A DNA stretch of 64,000 nucleotides from Gammaproteobacteria bacterium. Its GTDB lineage: Bacteria > Pseudomonadota > Gammaproteobacteria > JAJDYQ01. Of this stretch, positions 25,954-44,072 are shown piece by piece. The position numbers and the translations under genes are program-made. The notes beneath the pieces were generated by a model. That model did no database searches and was not told the DNA's origin. It saw only the letters and a program-made list of their open reading frames with translations. Numbering within the stretch: the stretch's first letter is position 1; every line of letters begins with the position of its first letter. The DNA lies in NCBI GenBank assembly GCA_965214035.1, contig OZ243932.1, positions 1,007,992-1,071,991 on the forward strand, in the 5' to 3' direction.

Positions 25954-26459
25954 ATCTCTTTTGGCCGATACAGGCCAAGCAGCCGGCATTTCCCTGTTTG
26001 CCGAAGATCCTCCCGTCTTTCAACCCTGAAACAGGCAACTGCCGCCGTTACCATAAGTTTACCGGATTCAGTTAAGGCAAGCGGCTGGTTGGAAATGAGA
26101 TTGACGGCACAATCCATACCCGGGTTATGTGCAAGCACCATAATGCGCCCGCCATCGCCTGCATGAGCAGCCGCATCCTCAAGCAAAATCTCCTCATTTG
26201 CCAGATATAACTTTTTACTGATTACAATCTGCTCTGATCCCAATAGCCAGGACTTATTCAGCAGTTTGATCGTTTGCCATGTTCTGCTGGCCGGTGAAAC
26301 AAGAACCCGATCAGGAATCAGACCGTTGTTGTGCAGAAATATGCCCATACGCTCAGCATCATGGCGGCCGCGCCTGCTTAATGGTCGGTCTATATCAGAC
26401 AGATTATTACGCCAGTCGGACTTGGCATGTCGCATCAGCAATAACTCAAATGCAGCCAC
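25950..26459 (-). CDS. sixA: Phosphohistidine phosphatase SixA (histidine phosphatase superfamily)
   Basis: 'LLLMRHAKSDW' RHG motif, about 169 aa. Confidence 0.8.
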   Translation of the reverse strand: MAAFELLLMRHAKSDWRNNLSDIDRPLSRRGRHDAERMGIFLHNNGLIPDRVLVSPASRTWQTIKLLNKSWLLGSEQIVISKKLYLANEEILLEDAAAHAGDGGRIMVLAHNPGMDCAVNLISNQPLALTESGKLMVTAAVACFRVERREDLRQTGKCRLLGLYRPKEI

Positions 26460-26465
26460 CTCCCT

Positions 26466-26708
26466 TCACTCCAGCCAGTCAAGCAGATAATAGAGCAACT
26501 GTCCTTCAGACGACTTCGACGGGCCATGCACAAGAGCCGCATATTTCTGATTATCGGGGGAGGCTGTGGCCAGTGCGGTTGCCCTGTTCTGTACCACCTG
26601 AACAGCTCCGGCCGAGAAACGATTGCGATTTTTGCCGGGGACATGGACAACCGCATAGCATTGCCCGGAGACATTACCTGCCTTATCCGGCGGCACCATT
26701 CCTTTCAT
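26466..26708 (-). CDS. Hypothetical 80-aa ORF filling the sixA-aminotransferase gap
   Basis: ORF only, GC-rich, and overlapped by alternative-frame ORFs. I recognise no family. Confidence 0.15.
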   Translation of the reverse strand: MKGMVPPDKAGNVSGQCYAVVHVPGKNRNRFSAGAVQVVQNRATALATASPDNQKYAALVHGPSKSSEGQLLYYLLDWLE

Positions 26709-26767
26709 GCCTGAAATCCTGAACTCAACCCATGCAACTCATACCAGAGGTCGGGGCGCTGATCTGT

Positions 26768-27922
26768 TTATGCGTCGTAGTACCGGCTTGCGGCCTCTAT
26801 TGCGCCGGTACGGCCCAGCACGCTTTCCAACGCACCCAGGCAAAACATGACGTTACGCTGATGACATGACTCACCCATCAAACCGATACGCCATATCCTG
26901 CCAGCCATTTCACCCAGACCAGCGCCGATCTCCAGTCCATACTGCTGCAACAGCCGTGCCCGCACGGTGGCATCATCAATACCCTCCGGCAGACCAACAG
27001 CGTTAAGCTGTGGAAGGCGATATGCCTCATCGACAATCAAAGACAATCCCAAGGCTTCAAGACCTGTTCTGAGTCCCAAATGGTGATGCCGGTGGCGTTT
27101 CCAGCCGCTCTCCAGCCGCTCTTCACCGAGCATGACCAAAGCCTCATGCAAGCCATAAAGGGCATTGACAGGTGCCGTGTGGTGATAAGCCCGTTTGCCA
27201 TTTTGACCCCAGTAACCCATCAACAGATTCAAATCAAGAAACCAGCTCTGTACCGCATTTTTTCGGCTGCGGATTTTATCGACGGCAGCCTCACTGAATG
27301 TGGTTGGTGAAAGCCCGGGCGTACAAGACAGGCATTTTTGTGTGCCGGAATAAACCGCATCCAGTCCCCAGTCATCAACCCGCAGCTCAACGCCACCGAG
27401 TGAGGTCACGGTATCTGCGATTACCAGACAGTCATGGGCATGTGCGATTTCACTCAATGTTTTCGCATCGGACAAAACCCCGGTGGAAGTTTCGGCATGA
27501 ACGAACGCAACAACGCCGGTATCAGGGTTTGCTTTCAGTGCATCTTCCAGCTTTTGCGGATCAACCGGTTCACCCCAGTTGTCATCCACCATAATGGCCT
27601 CAGCACCGCTTCGCAGGACATTTTCCATCATGCGGCCGCCAAATACCCCGTTACGACATACAATCACCTTGTCGCCCGGCTCAATCAGATTAACAAAGCA
27701 GCTCTCCATACCGGCCGAACCCGGTGCAGAAACCGGTATGGTCATTGAGTTTTCAGTCTGAAAGGCATATTGCAGCATGGATTTCACCTCATCCATCATA
27801 TCGACAAATACCGGGTCCAGGTGGCCTATGGTCGGACGTGACATAGCCTCCAGAATACGGGGATGGACATCAGATGGTCCCGGCCCCATTAAAATACGTC
27901 GTGGCGGATTGAATGACTGCAT
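26768..27922 (-). CDS. Class V aminotransferase, serine-glyoxylate / alanine-glyoxylate aminotransferase type
   Basis: 'ILMGPGPSDVHPRIL' N-terminus and the PLP-fold AGT family. Probable start MQSFNPP. Its position next to glcDEF suggests glyoxylate transamination. Confidence 0.8.
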   Translation of the reverse strand: MQSFNPPRRILMGPGPSDVHPRILEAMSRPTIGHLDPVFVDMMDEVKSMLQYAFQTENSMTIPVSAPGSAGMESCFVNLIEPGDKVIVCRNGVFGGRMMENVLRSGAEAIMVDDNWGEPVDPQKLEDALKANPDTGVVAFVHAETSTGVLSDAKTLSEIAHAHDCLVIADTVTSLGGVELRVDDWGLDAVYSGTQKCLSCTPGLSPTTFSEAAVDKIRSRKNAVQSWFLDLNLLMGYWGQNGKRAYHHTAPVNALYGLHEALVMLGEERLESGWKRHRHHHLGLRTGLEALGLSLIVDEAYRLPQLNAVGLPEGIDDATVRARLLQQYGLEIGAGLGEMAGRIWRIGLMGESCHQRNVMFCLGALESVLGRTGAIEAASRYYDA

Positions 27923-28036
27923 ATGAATCTCGAACAGATTGATGAAAAAAGCGATTATATTCAAACAATGGAATTTTTTCAGGTCAAGGTCATTCTGACC
28001 GGTTCGGTGCCTGATTAAAACATTCACAAGTCACAA

Positions 28037-29455
28037 GTGCGATGTTGCCATTATAATGTCAGGATGAAATCGTCTGCATTGATTTCCACGTCCCTGATAC
28101 TACTGATGCTGCTGACCGGCTGTTCCCCGGATACGACTCAAATTGAACAAATCAGAAAACATCAGGAGCTTACCGTTGTGACCCGAAATGGTCCGGCCAC
28201 CTACTATGAAGGGCCATTCGGCCCGACCGGGCTGGAATATGAGCTGGCCAGACAATTTGCCGATTATCTGGGTGTGAGACTTGCCATTATTACCCGAAGC
28301 GAACCGGCTGAGATGTATCGGCTGCTGGCTGACGGCAAGGCGGATATAGCCGCTGCCGGATTAGCTATTACCACAGCCGGAAAAAAATTTTTGCGCTTCG
28401 GTCCCGGCTATCTTGATGTTACGCCGCAACTGGTATATCGCCCGCAGAGCGGTAACCGCAGGCCTGAAAAAGTGGCCGACATCATCGGTATGAGTATGCG
28501 GGTAGCCGCGGATTCACCTCACATTAAAACGCTGAAAAACCTGCGCAACAGACACCCGCAACTGAACTGGCAGGAAAGCAGTGAGCACAGCACAGCAGAA
28601 CTGATGCAGCAGGTCTGGTCACAGACCATTGATTATACGGTGGCCGGTGCCACAGAAATAAAATTCAAACAACACTTTTACCCGGGGCTGGCGGTTGCCT
28701 TTGCTCTGGACAAGCCCAGCCAGGCCGGCTGGGCACTATACAAAGGTACAGACCATACCCTCCTGAACGCGGTGCAGGCGTTCTTTGCGCGAATCAAGAG
28801 AGACGGCAGCCTGAACACCCTGATCAATCGGTATTTCGAACGGGCACGTCCGCTCGACTACGTTGATACCCAAACATTCATGCGCGATATGAACAACAGG
28901 CTGCCGGACTACCTGGAAGACTTCAAAAAATCGGCGAGGAAATATGCACTTGACTGGCGGCTGCTGGCGGCGGTGAGCTATCAGGAATCCCATTGGAACC
29001 CACAGGCCGTATCTCCGACCGGTGTCAGAGGACTGATGATGCTGACCAGCGATACAGCGGAGCTTATAGGCATTGAAAATCGCCGTGATCCGGCGCAAAG
29101 CATATATGGCGGAGCCAAATATCTGCGCTATATGATTGACAAAATACCTGCACGCATTATGGAACCGGATCGCACATGGATGGGCCTTGCTGCCTACAAT
29201 GTGGGCTATGGTCATCTTGAAGATGCACGGAAAATAGCCCAGGGCCGCGGCGGCGATCCCGACAAATGGACTGATGTGAAAAAGAGCTTACCGCTTTTAA
29301 GTCAGGAAAAATGGTACAGCCGGACCCGACACGGCTATGCTCGCGGTAACGAACCAGTGGCGTATGTATCGAACATTCGCAGCTATCTTGATCTGCTTGT
29401 ATGGCATGACGAATCCACCACCGCCCCGCCTGACGCCAGCCCCTCTGCCCTGTAA
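28037..29455 (+). CDS. mltF: Membrane-bound lytic murein transglycosylase F (MltF): periplasmic solute-binding-like domain plus SLT domain
   Basis: Lipobox 'LLTGCSP', an N-terminal PBP-like domain, and a C-terminal SLT with catalytic 'SYQESHWNP' and 'GLMMLT'. Confidence 0.85.
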   Translation: MRCCHYNVRMKSSALISTSLILLMLLTGCSPDTTQIEQIRKHQELTVVTRNGPATYYEGPFGPTGLEYELARQFADYLGVRLAIITRSEPAEMYRLLADGKADIAAAGLAITTAGKKFLRFGPGYLDVTPQLVYRPQSGNRRPEKVADIIGMSMRVAADSPHIKTLKNLRNRHPQLNWQESSEHSTAELMQQVWSQTIDYTVAGATEIKFKQHFYPGLAVAFALDKPSQAGWALYKGTDHTLLNAVQAFFARIKRDGSLNTLINRYFERARPLDYVDTQTFMRDMNNRLPDYLEDFKKSARKYALDWRLLAAVSYQESHWNPQAVSPTGVRGLMMLTSDTAELIGIENRRDPAQSIYGGAKYLRYMIDKIPARIMEPDRTWMGLAAYNVGYGHLEDARKIAQGRGGDPDKWTDVKKSLPLLSQEKWYSRTRHGYARGNEPVAYVSNIRSYLDLLVWHDESTTAPPDASPSAL

Positions 29456-29618
29456 ATTCCCGATAGCTCACCACGGGTGCCCGAATCATCCGGGCAGACC
29501 AGAGTGCAGGGCCGGTTTTTTCAGAAAGCAGCCTGACCGTTAAAAAAGCGGGGCCGGTGACAATACGGATGGATCCGGCCCCGCAACAGCCGGCAGGGAG
29601 GTGCCGGCTACGGACTTC

Positions 29619-30956
29619 CTACCAATTCAGCTTCCACTGTGCGCCGACGCTGTGGCGCGGGTTATTATCATCCTGCTCGCGGCGGATGGCCTTGATATCC
29701 AGCTTCGACTTCAGGCCAGCCGGGTTCGACAACAGACGCCAGCCGAGGGTCAGGTCACGTTTCGCATCGGAGGCCGACAGGCTCGCATAGGGGATGCCGG
29801 TGGCATCGTCTGTCAGGGCAAAGCCCCACTCGCCTTTCAGCGTCCAGCGGCTCGATACGGCAGCAGTATGTCCGTTGTCTTCTTCCTCCAGCGCATCCGT
29901 CAATGAATCCGATAACAACCGATCCAGACCACTGGCCGCCGGTGCATTGCCGTACTCATGGCGCAGACTGAACGACGGGCCATAGGCCGAGTTTGGCCAC
30001 GCCTCGTAGCGCAGTGAGCCGGACAGACCCCACTCCTCACGCTCGGCAGCCTCATGCTCCAGCAGATAGCGACCGCGCACATCCACCGTCAAACCCTTGG
30101 CCGGTGTCTGCCAGCTCAGGCCGCCGCCCAGCTCCAGACCAAAGCCTTCGCTGGTATCGCCGCCGTCATAACGCAGACCCAGCTCCAGTTCCGGTGTCAG
30201 ACGCACACCGTCCTCTTCCGGTAACTGCCAGGACCAGGCCAGACCCATGCGGAAACGCTGCGTATCCGCCTCGGTGCCCGCCATGACGCGGGAATCATCC
30301 GCCTCAATACGCGCCAGTGTCAGGCCCGAAATCAGCTCCAGGGTCAAACCGCCCTCTTCCACCGGACGCTCCAGCAGCGTACCGCGCAGACCGGCGGTGG
30401 CCGATAGCTGCACCAGATTGTGCTTCGATTCCATACCGGTTTGTGAAGTCTGAGTCTGCTTCAGGTCGCCCCGCCCATAGCTGGCGGCACCCCACAGTTG
30501 CAGGCGTTCGCTCAGGTCGTAGCGCAGATACGGCAGCATGGAAACCAGCATACCGGACAACTCGCCTTCGTCCGATGCACCCTGCCATTCGCCATCGCTG
30601 TCGCTGTAGGCCAGTGCCAGACCGACCAGCGTCTGACCGTTGTCGCGGTCAATGCCCAGCATGGCCGTGGTCACTTCACCGTCTATGCTGAGGCTGAGAT
30701 CGTCTTCACCGTCTTTGTACTTCGTATAGGCCGCCTGACCCCAGATGGAGGTGCCGTCCTGATCCGTGAATGTGAAATGACTACCACGCAGCAACGACGG
30801 CAGCAGCTTCGGCAGTGACAGGGTGCGTGACAGCTTGCGCGGACGATCCGACGAACCGGCACCCAACTGCTCAATGCCCATCACACTGGCATCCGGGACT
30901 GCCGCGACTGGACAGCAGACGCGCCGCATTGAATGACTGACCGCGCGGCAGACCGT
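29619..30956 (-). CDS. Autotransporter beta-barrel translocator domain, in a separate ORF from its passenger
   Basis: A beta-strand-rich region ends in the aromatic terminal motif '...SVGAQWKLNW', typical of type Va autotransporter barrels. There is no signal peptide. The frame opens at 30956 just after the passenger stop, and the first ATG is at 30929. Confidence 0.7.
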   Translation of the reverse strand, partial: TVCRAVSHSMRRVCCPVAAVPDASVMGIEQLGAGSSDRPRKLSRTLSLPKLLPSLLRGSHFTFTDQDGTSIWGQAAYTKYKDGEDDLSLSIDGEVTTAMLGIDRDNGQTLVGLALAYSDSDGEWQGASDEGELSGMLVSMLPYLRYDLSERLQLWGAASYGRGDLKQTQTSQTGMESKHNLVQLSATAGLRGTLLERPVEEGGLTLELISGLTLARIEADDSRVMAGTEADTQRFRMGLAWSWQLPEEDGVRLTPELELGLRYDGGDTSEGFGLELGGGLSWQTPAKGLTVDVRGRYLLEHEAAEREEWGLSGSLRYEAWPNSAYGPSFSLRHEYGNAPAASGLDRLLSDSLTDALEEEDNGHTAAVSSRWTLKGEWGFALTDDATGIPYASLSASDAKRDLTLGWRLLSNPAGLKSKLDIKAIRREQDDNNPRHSVGAQWKLNW

Positions 30957-30961
30957 TCAGA

Positions 30962-38554
<7,593 letters not shown>

Positions 38555-38769
38555 TACATTTCCTCCTGTGAGCCAATTTGTATGACATTTGTTCCATTGC
38601 AGGCAGGTCCGACATTACCGGCTGACCTGCACCATTTGCCCATTATGTATCAGACCGGCAGCATACTGCAAGTTTTCCGAACCGGCAACATTTCCAGCAT
38701 CATTCTAATATGAAAACGGGGCACCGGAGCAGGTTTTCCCGGCAGGTCTCTGAACAGGCGGTGTCTGCA

Positions 38770-39168
38770 TCAGTAACCCCAGAAATTTTTGAGCATGTCG
38801 GAATAGCCCTGATAAAGCCCGGAGTCGGCTTCGATGACAGAGAAATCACCCTGGACCTTGAGCATCGGCACGGTCTGTGCCACCGCTTGCGTCGCCAACC
38901 CGAACAGCAGTGGCAGTCCGAGCAATGACACTACCGCCGCACGGCGCAGCCAGCCGGCGGTGCGGGCTGTCACAGAATGGAAACTGTCGGAAAAAGACCG
39001 GCGCGTCAGCCGGCCAGGAGGCTCAGAGGCACTTGCCCCGCGACAGGAATGCACTGCAGAGCGGCCGGCATCGATGGCCAACATCAGATATACCTTCCCA
39101 TTTGGGGAGAGGGTTATGCGGCCACACTCTGCTGCTCTTTGCGGGTTGTTCAAAATGGCTGTTTTCAT
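38770..39168 (-). CDS. Hypothetical ORF upstream of the autotransporter
   Basis: ORF only. The region is GC-rich and another ORF overlaps it on the opposite strand. Confidence 0.12.
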   Translation of the reverse strand: MKTAILNNPQRAAECGRITLSPNGKVYLMLAIDAGRSAVHSCRGASASEPPGRLTRRSFSDSFHSVTARTAGWLRRAAVVSLLGLPLLFGLATQAVAQTVPMLKVQGDFSVIEADSGLYQGYSDMLKNFWGY

Positions 39169-39437
39169 TGGTTCACTGCCTCCTGTTGGTCCGTTTCGGA
39201 GACAATCCCCGTGATGTCAATGTTCTGTTAATTATAGATGCCTTATTTGTGCTGCCAAGTATTTTTTCGCAACCGGAGGTTTTATTTTCAGACCGGTTGT
39301 GCGGAGGCGGCCGGCTGATGGCGCATTCATCCGTCTCTTTGCTTTGTAAATCAATCAGTTAGCCTGGTTCGTCGGCGTTCTTTATCGGTCTCGCTGTGGC
39401 ATCAGGCTGTGGATGTTTTGCCGGCATGGTTTTTTGA

Positions 39438-41924
39438 TTATTCGGATGTTCGCAGCAGTGTTGCCGGTGTCTGATGGTGTTGCTGGCGCAGTATTGCCCA
39501 GCCAGTCAGCATGACCAGCAACATGCCCGCCATGATGACGATCAGGGCCAGGGGTATGTTGAGTCGGAATCCGATATCGAGCAGTTCTACTGATACCCAC
39601 CATGCGATGATATTGGCCAGTATGACGGCTGTCAGGCCGGAACAGGCTCCTATGAGCAGAAATTCGATGGTCTGCGCACGGCTGATCAGGTGACGGGTGG
39701 CTCCCATGGCTCGCATCAGTGCATTTTCGTGTTGGCGCAGGCGCCGTGTTGACATGACCATGGCAGTGACCAGCAGCACGGCTGCCGCCAGGGTGAACAG
39801 GAAGGCCGCTTCCGCGGCATAGCTGACTCTGTTGATCACGGTCCGTACCCGTGACATCAGTGCTTCGACATCCAGTATGGTCACCGATGGATATTGCTGT
39901 ACGAGTCGATCCATCAGGTGGTTGTTTGCGACCGGCAGGTAGAAGCTGCTGATGTATTGTGTCGGCATATCGGCCAGCATCCGGCGGGTTCCTATCACGA
40001 AGAAATTGACCTTGAAGGAGTCCCAACTGACTTCGCGCAGGCTGGTGATGCGGCCTGTTACCTGCCTGCCCGCTACGTCGTAGGTGATTGTGTCACCGGT
40101 CTGTATGCCGAGCACTTCGGCAATGCCGCTTTCTACTGACCATTGTGGCTGCGGGTCGCCGGCCTGCCACCATTGTCCGGCTGACAGGTTGTTATGGGCA
40201 GGCAGTGTGTCGTCCCATGACAGGTTAAATTCGCGACGCAGCATTCGTTTGGCGCGCGCTGTGTTGTAGTCGTTACCGGTCACGGTGCGGTTGTTGATTT
40301 TGATCAGGCGCCCGCGAATCATGGGGAAAAACTGTATGTTTTTCAGTCCATTGTCCGACAGCCATCGTTGTACCTGTTGTATTTCCGGCGGCTGGATGTT
40401 GATCAGAAATATGTTGGGTGTGTCTGCCGGCAGGCGGTTTCGCCATTGGTCCAGCAGATCGGTGCGTATCAGGGTCAACAGGGTGATAAATATAAATGAC
40501 AGGCCAAATACGCTGATCGCCATGAGGGTTTCCCGCCGGTGGCGAATCAGCGCTTGTATGCCGAATTTCATGGTTTCGGAAAGCCGGCGGGAGAGATGGT
40601 GCAGTATGAGCAGCAGGCCCGCCGCCAGCAGCAGTAGCAGCAACAGGGCAGCAGCCAGGGCTGCCAGTATTATGGCCATCAGTTGCAGGTCCCGCGTTAT
40701 GCCGTACAGTATCAGGCATAGTGCAACCAGACCGAATATCAGCGGCCAGACGACCGGTTGCAGTTCGTCCGGTACGCTGCGCAGCACTCTCATGGGCGAT
40801 ACGGATACCAGACGCCAGTAAGCCGGCAACGAGAAAGCCAGTACCAGCAGAAAACCGAGCAGGCTTGACCAGAGCGCCGGGCTGTGTTCGGCCGGCGGCA
40901 GGGTCGATGACATGTATTGTTGCAACAGGCTGGCGAGCAGGCTTTGCAGGCCGTAGGCTGCCAGCAGGGCCAAAGCGCTGGCCAGTATGCTCAGTATGCT
41001 CAGTTGTGACAGGTACAGTGCGGTTATTTGCAGGCGTGTCAGGCCAATGGTGCGCAGCACGGCGGTATGAATCAGCCGCTTTTGTACCCAGTTCTGCATG
41101 GCTACCCATATCGCCAGACAGGCCAGCATGATGGTCACTATGAGGCTCAGGGCCAGAAAGCGTTCTGCTCGTTCCAGTGAGGCCCTGACTTCCGGTCGGG
41201 AGTCCCGCACGGATTGTATCTGGTAGTGGCTGCCCAGGCGCGGTTGTAGCCAGGCGCGGTAGGCTTGCATGGTTTGCTCCGTGCCGGCCAGCAGTAGCTG
41301 GTGTCTGACTCGTGATCCTTCTCCAATAAGCCCGGTCGCTGCCATGTCCGCCAGATTCAGCATGACGCGCGGTGCCAGTGAGAACAGGCTGCCACCGCGG
41401 TCCGGTTCCTGTTCTATTACGGCATCTATGGTGAAAGTGGCTTTGCCGAGGGTTATCGTGTCGCCTGGTTGCAGGGCCAGTTTGCGCAGCAGGCCCTTTT
41501 CTGCCCAGATTGTGCCCGATGCGGGAGGGTTCTGCTGGCTGGTATAGGTGCCCTGCCCTTTGTTCAGTCGCAGTCGGCCTCGCAGCGGATAGCCTTCGGT
41601 TACGGCTTTGACTTCCACCAGCGCGGTGTCGTCTGTGCTGATCAGGACGCTCGGAAATTCCTGAAACAGGCTGGTGCGGATGGCGCGGTCGCCGGCTTCT
41701 TTTAGCCAGCTTTGGGGTATCGGGCGGGATGAGGCAATGACCAGATCGGCTCCCAGTAGTTCGTTGCTTTGTTGTACCAGGGTTTTGGCAATGCGATTGG
41801 TCAGCAGGCCAACCGTGGCCATGGCAGCTATGGTCAGTGCCAGTGCCAGAAAGACCAGCCGCATTTCGGCTTGCAGGCTTTCGCGCCGCAGAAAGCGCAG
41901 GCCATGCCGGAGTATGCCGGTCAT
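39438..41924 (-). CDS. ybbP: ABC transporter permease with two FtsX-like domains (YbbP family)
   Basis: 828 aa, two four-TM FtsX modules separated by periplasmic domains (MacB-like). Divergent from tesA as in E. coli. Confidence 0.85.
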   Translation of the reverse strand: MTGILRHGLRFLRRESLQAEMRLVFLALALTIAAMATVGLLTNRIAKTLVQQSNELLGADLVIASSRPIPQSWLKEAGDRAIRTSLFQEFPSVLISTDDTALVEVKAVTEGYPLRGRLRLNKGQGTYTSQQNPPASGTIWAEKGLLRKLALQPGDTITLGKATFTIDAVIEQEPDRGGSLFSLAPRVMLNLADMAATGLIGEGSRVRHQLLLAGTEQTMQAYRAWLQPRLGSHYQIQSVRDSRPEVRASLERAERFLALSLIVTIMLACLAIWVAMQNWVQKRLIHTAVLRTIGLTRLQITALYLSQLSILSILASALALLAAYGLQSLLASLLQQYMSSTLPPAEHSPALWSSLLGFLLVLAFSLPAYWRLVSVSPMRVLRSVPDELQPVVWPLIFGLVALCLILYGITRDLQLMAIILAALAAALLLLLLLAAGLLLILHHLSRRLSETMKFGIQALIRHRRETLMAISVFGLSFIFITLLTLIRTDLLDQWRNRLPADTPNIFLINIQPPEIQQVQRWLSDNGLKNIQFFPMIRGRLIKINNRTVTGNDYNTARAKRMLRREFNLSWDDTLPAHNNLSAGQWWQAGDPQPQWSVESGIAEVLGIQTGDTITYDVAGRQVTGRITSLREVSWDSFKVNFFVIGTRRMLADMPTQYISSFYLPVANNHLMDRLVQQYPSVTILDVEALMSRVRTVINRVSYAAEAAFLFTLAAAVLLVTAMVMSTRRLRQHENALMRAMGATRHLISRAQTIEFLLIGACSGLTAVILANIIAWWVSVELLDIGFRLNIPLALIVIMAGMLLVMLTGWAILRQQHHQTPATLLRTSE

Positions 41925-42577
41925 AGCCGAATCACTCGATCACAGCGTTCGCTTAACTGCATGTCGTGGGTTGCCAGTACGATGGCTGTTCGGTGTTGTT
42001 CCTGCAAGTTGAACAGCAGGTCCGATATCTTTGCGCCGGTTTTATGGTCCAGGTTGCCGGTTGGTTCGTCGGCAAACAGGATTTGTGGCTGAATCACAAA
42101 GGCTCTGGCTATCGCTACCCGTTGTTGTTCGCCACCGGATAGCTGCGATGGGTAGTGGTGCAGGCGCTTTTCCAGCCCGACTTCTGTCAGGGCCTGACGT
42201 GCCTTGTCACGGGCATCGGTCAGGGATAGCAGTTCCATCGGCATGAGGACGTTATCCAGGGCATTGAGCGTGGAAAGCAGGTGGAAGGATTGGAATATGA
42301 ATCCCACTTGTCCGGCCCGCAGTCGGGCACGGTCGTCTTCATCCAGTTCTGAAAGGTTCCGACCCAGCAGTTGTACGGTACCGCTGGTGGGCAGGTCAAG
42401 ACCAGCCAGCAGCCCCAGTAGTGTCGATTTGCCGGAACCGGAGGCTCCTACTATGGAGATGGATTCGGCCGCCTGTAGCTGTAAATTAAAATCAGACAGG
42501 ATTTGAAACCTGTCATCGGTGGTGGCAACCTCTTTACTGAGTCCTTTTACCTTTAAGATGCTTTCCATGCTATCCAT
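41921..42577 (-). CDS. ybbA: ABC transporter ATP-binding protein YbbA
   Basis: Walker A 'GASGSGKST', signature 'LSGGEQQRVAIARA', Walker B 'ILFADEPTGNLD'. Overlaps ybbP by 4 nt. Confidence 0.9.
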   Translation of the reverse strand: MDSMESILKVKGLSKEVATTDDRFQILSDFNLQLQAAESISIVGASGSGKSTLLGLLAGLDLPTSGTVQLLGRNLSELDEDDRARLRAGQVGFIFQSFHLLSTLNALDNVLMPMELLSLTDARDKARQALTEVGLEKRLHHYPSQLSGGEQQRVAIARAFVIQPQILFADEPTGNLDHKTGAKISDLLFNLQEQHRTAIVLATHDMQLSERCDRVIRL

Positions 42578-43211
42578 TCGTTTGTTGTTCGCTTTGTTGT
42601 CAGTCGCCAGTCTGATGCTTTCCGTTTCTTTGCCTGTACGCGCCTCCGATGTTCAGTCTGTGTTGGTGTTCGGCGACAGCCTGAGTGCCGGCTATGGTCT
42701 GGAAAAGGGTCAGGAGTGGCCTGCCCTGCTGCAGCAACGATTTGGTGACGGGCAACAGATAATTCAAGTCTATAATCATAGCATTTCTGGAGAAACGACG
42801 CGCGGCGGCCTGACACGTCTGGCCCGTTCTCTGGAGTCCAGCCAACCTGATATCGTTATTCTGGAGTTGGGTGCCAATGACGGGTTGCGCGGTTTGTCGC
42901 TGAAGGCCATGAGGCAGAATCTGCAACAAATGATTGACCTCGTTGGGCAGCATCCGGCCGAGGTGTTGTTAGTCGGCATGCATCTGCCGGAAAATTATGG
43001 TCCGGGTTATACCGGGTTGTTCCACAGGCAGTTTGTCTCGCTGGCCGAGGAGAATGAGCTGGCTTTTTTACCCTTTCTGATGGACGGGCTGGGTATCGGC
43101 CTCGATATGTATCAGGCCGATGGCCTGCATCCAGCCGCCGCCGCTCAACCGCAGATGATGGAGAATGTCTGGGAGGTGTTGGAGCCCATGCTGGACAGGC
43201 CAGCATTGTAG
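42558..43211 (+). CDS. tesA: Acyl-CoA thioesterase I / lysophospholipase L1 (SGNH hydrolase) TesA
   Basis: Signal peptide followed by 'VLVFGDSLSAGYG', then 'GANDGLRG' and a C-terminal DxxH. Classic tesA/ybbA divergent gene pair. Confidence 0.85.
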   Translation: MLSMLSIRLLFALLSVASLMLSVSLPVRASDVQSVLVFGDSLSAGYGLEKGQEWPALLQQRFGDGQQIIQVYNHSISGETTRGGLTRLARSLESSQPDIVILELGANDGLRGLSLKAMRQNLQQMIDLVGQHPAEVLLVGMHLPENYGPGYTGLFHRQFVSLAEENELAFLPFLMDGLGIGLDMYQADGLHPAAAAQPQMMENVWEVLEPMLDRPAL

Positions 43212-43451
43212 GCTGATTGTGTTCGAGAGTCAGGTTTTGTATGGGGTTGTCGGTGAGGCGGTAGAGGCTGTCGCCTCGGAACCTGTTAAATGTGCGATGT
43301 TGTTGTGGCATGGTTTCGGTACCGCAGTCTAAAAGTGCCATTTGGGTCCGACTCATACAGCCCTTTGACAGAGGGAGGTCATCGCCGCTATGATATACAG
43401 CATGGGCAGATTTCAACAGCCGTCCGGTATTGCGATGAAAGTATCCGGTCT

Positions 43452-44072
43452 ATGAAAAAACATTCGGTATTGGCGGTCGATCTGGACGGTACGCTGTTAT
43501 GTGGCGACTTGCTGCATGAGTGTGTGGTGCGCCTGCTCAAGTATCAGCCGTGGAAGTTGTTTTATTGACCATTCTGGTTATCCCGCGGTCTGCCCTATCT
43601 TAAGGCTGAGCTGGCCCGGCATTCCATTGAATGGATTGATTTTGCTGTTTTGCCTTATAACCATACCCTGATTGAGTGGGTTCAACAGCATCCGTCCTCT
43701 CATAAAGTATTGCTCAGTGCATCTCATCAAAGTCTGGTGGACAGGTTGGCCCGGCAGACAGGCTGCTTTGACCAGGCATGTGGTACCACGGATGTTAATA
43801 TGAAGGCTGCGGTCAAGGTTCAGTATCTGCAAACCATTGCTGAACATTTTGAGTATGCCGGCAACAGTAGAGCGGATCAGGTTGTGTGGCAAGCCAGCAC
43901 AGCAGCCTACTCTACCAATGATTGTCCCGACAGTTCAGTGCGTTTGATCGCTCCTTATCGTCCTGATCATGCGGGGGTATGGTTGAGGGCCGTTCGATGG
44001 CATCAGTGGTTAAAAAACCTGCTCATTTTTGTGCCGCTGATTTTCGGATTTCGCTTTTTACCTTCTGTCTGA
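43452..44072 (+). pseudogene. Disrupted HAD-superfamily phosphatase gene (frameshifted, truncated C-terminus)
   Basis: 43452-43568 encodes 'MKKHSVLAVDLDGTLL' (HAD motif I) and then stops. 43650..44072 continues in another frame with HAD-like and membrane-like sequence 'WLKNLLIFVPLIFG', then ends abruptly next to an AAGTATATAAT repeat core. Confidence 0.4.

Noticed and set aside
39382-40026. 214-aa ORF in an alternative frame inside ybbP
   Set aside because: Completely nested in the ybbP permease gene. Arg/Pro/Gly-rich translation typical of an off-frame GC-rich sequence.
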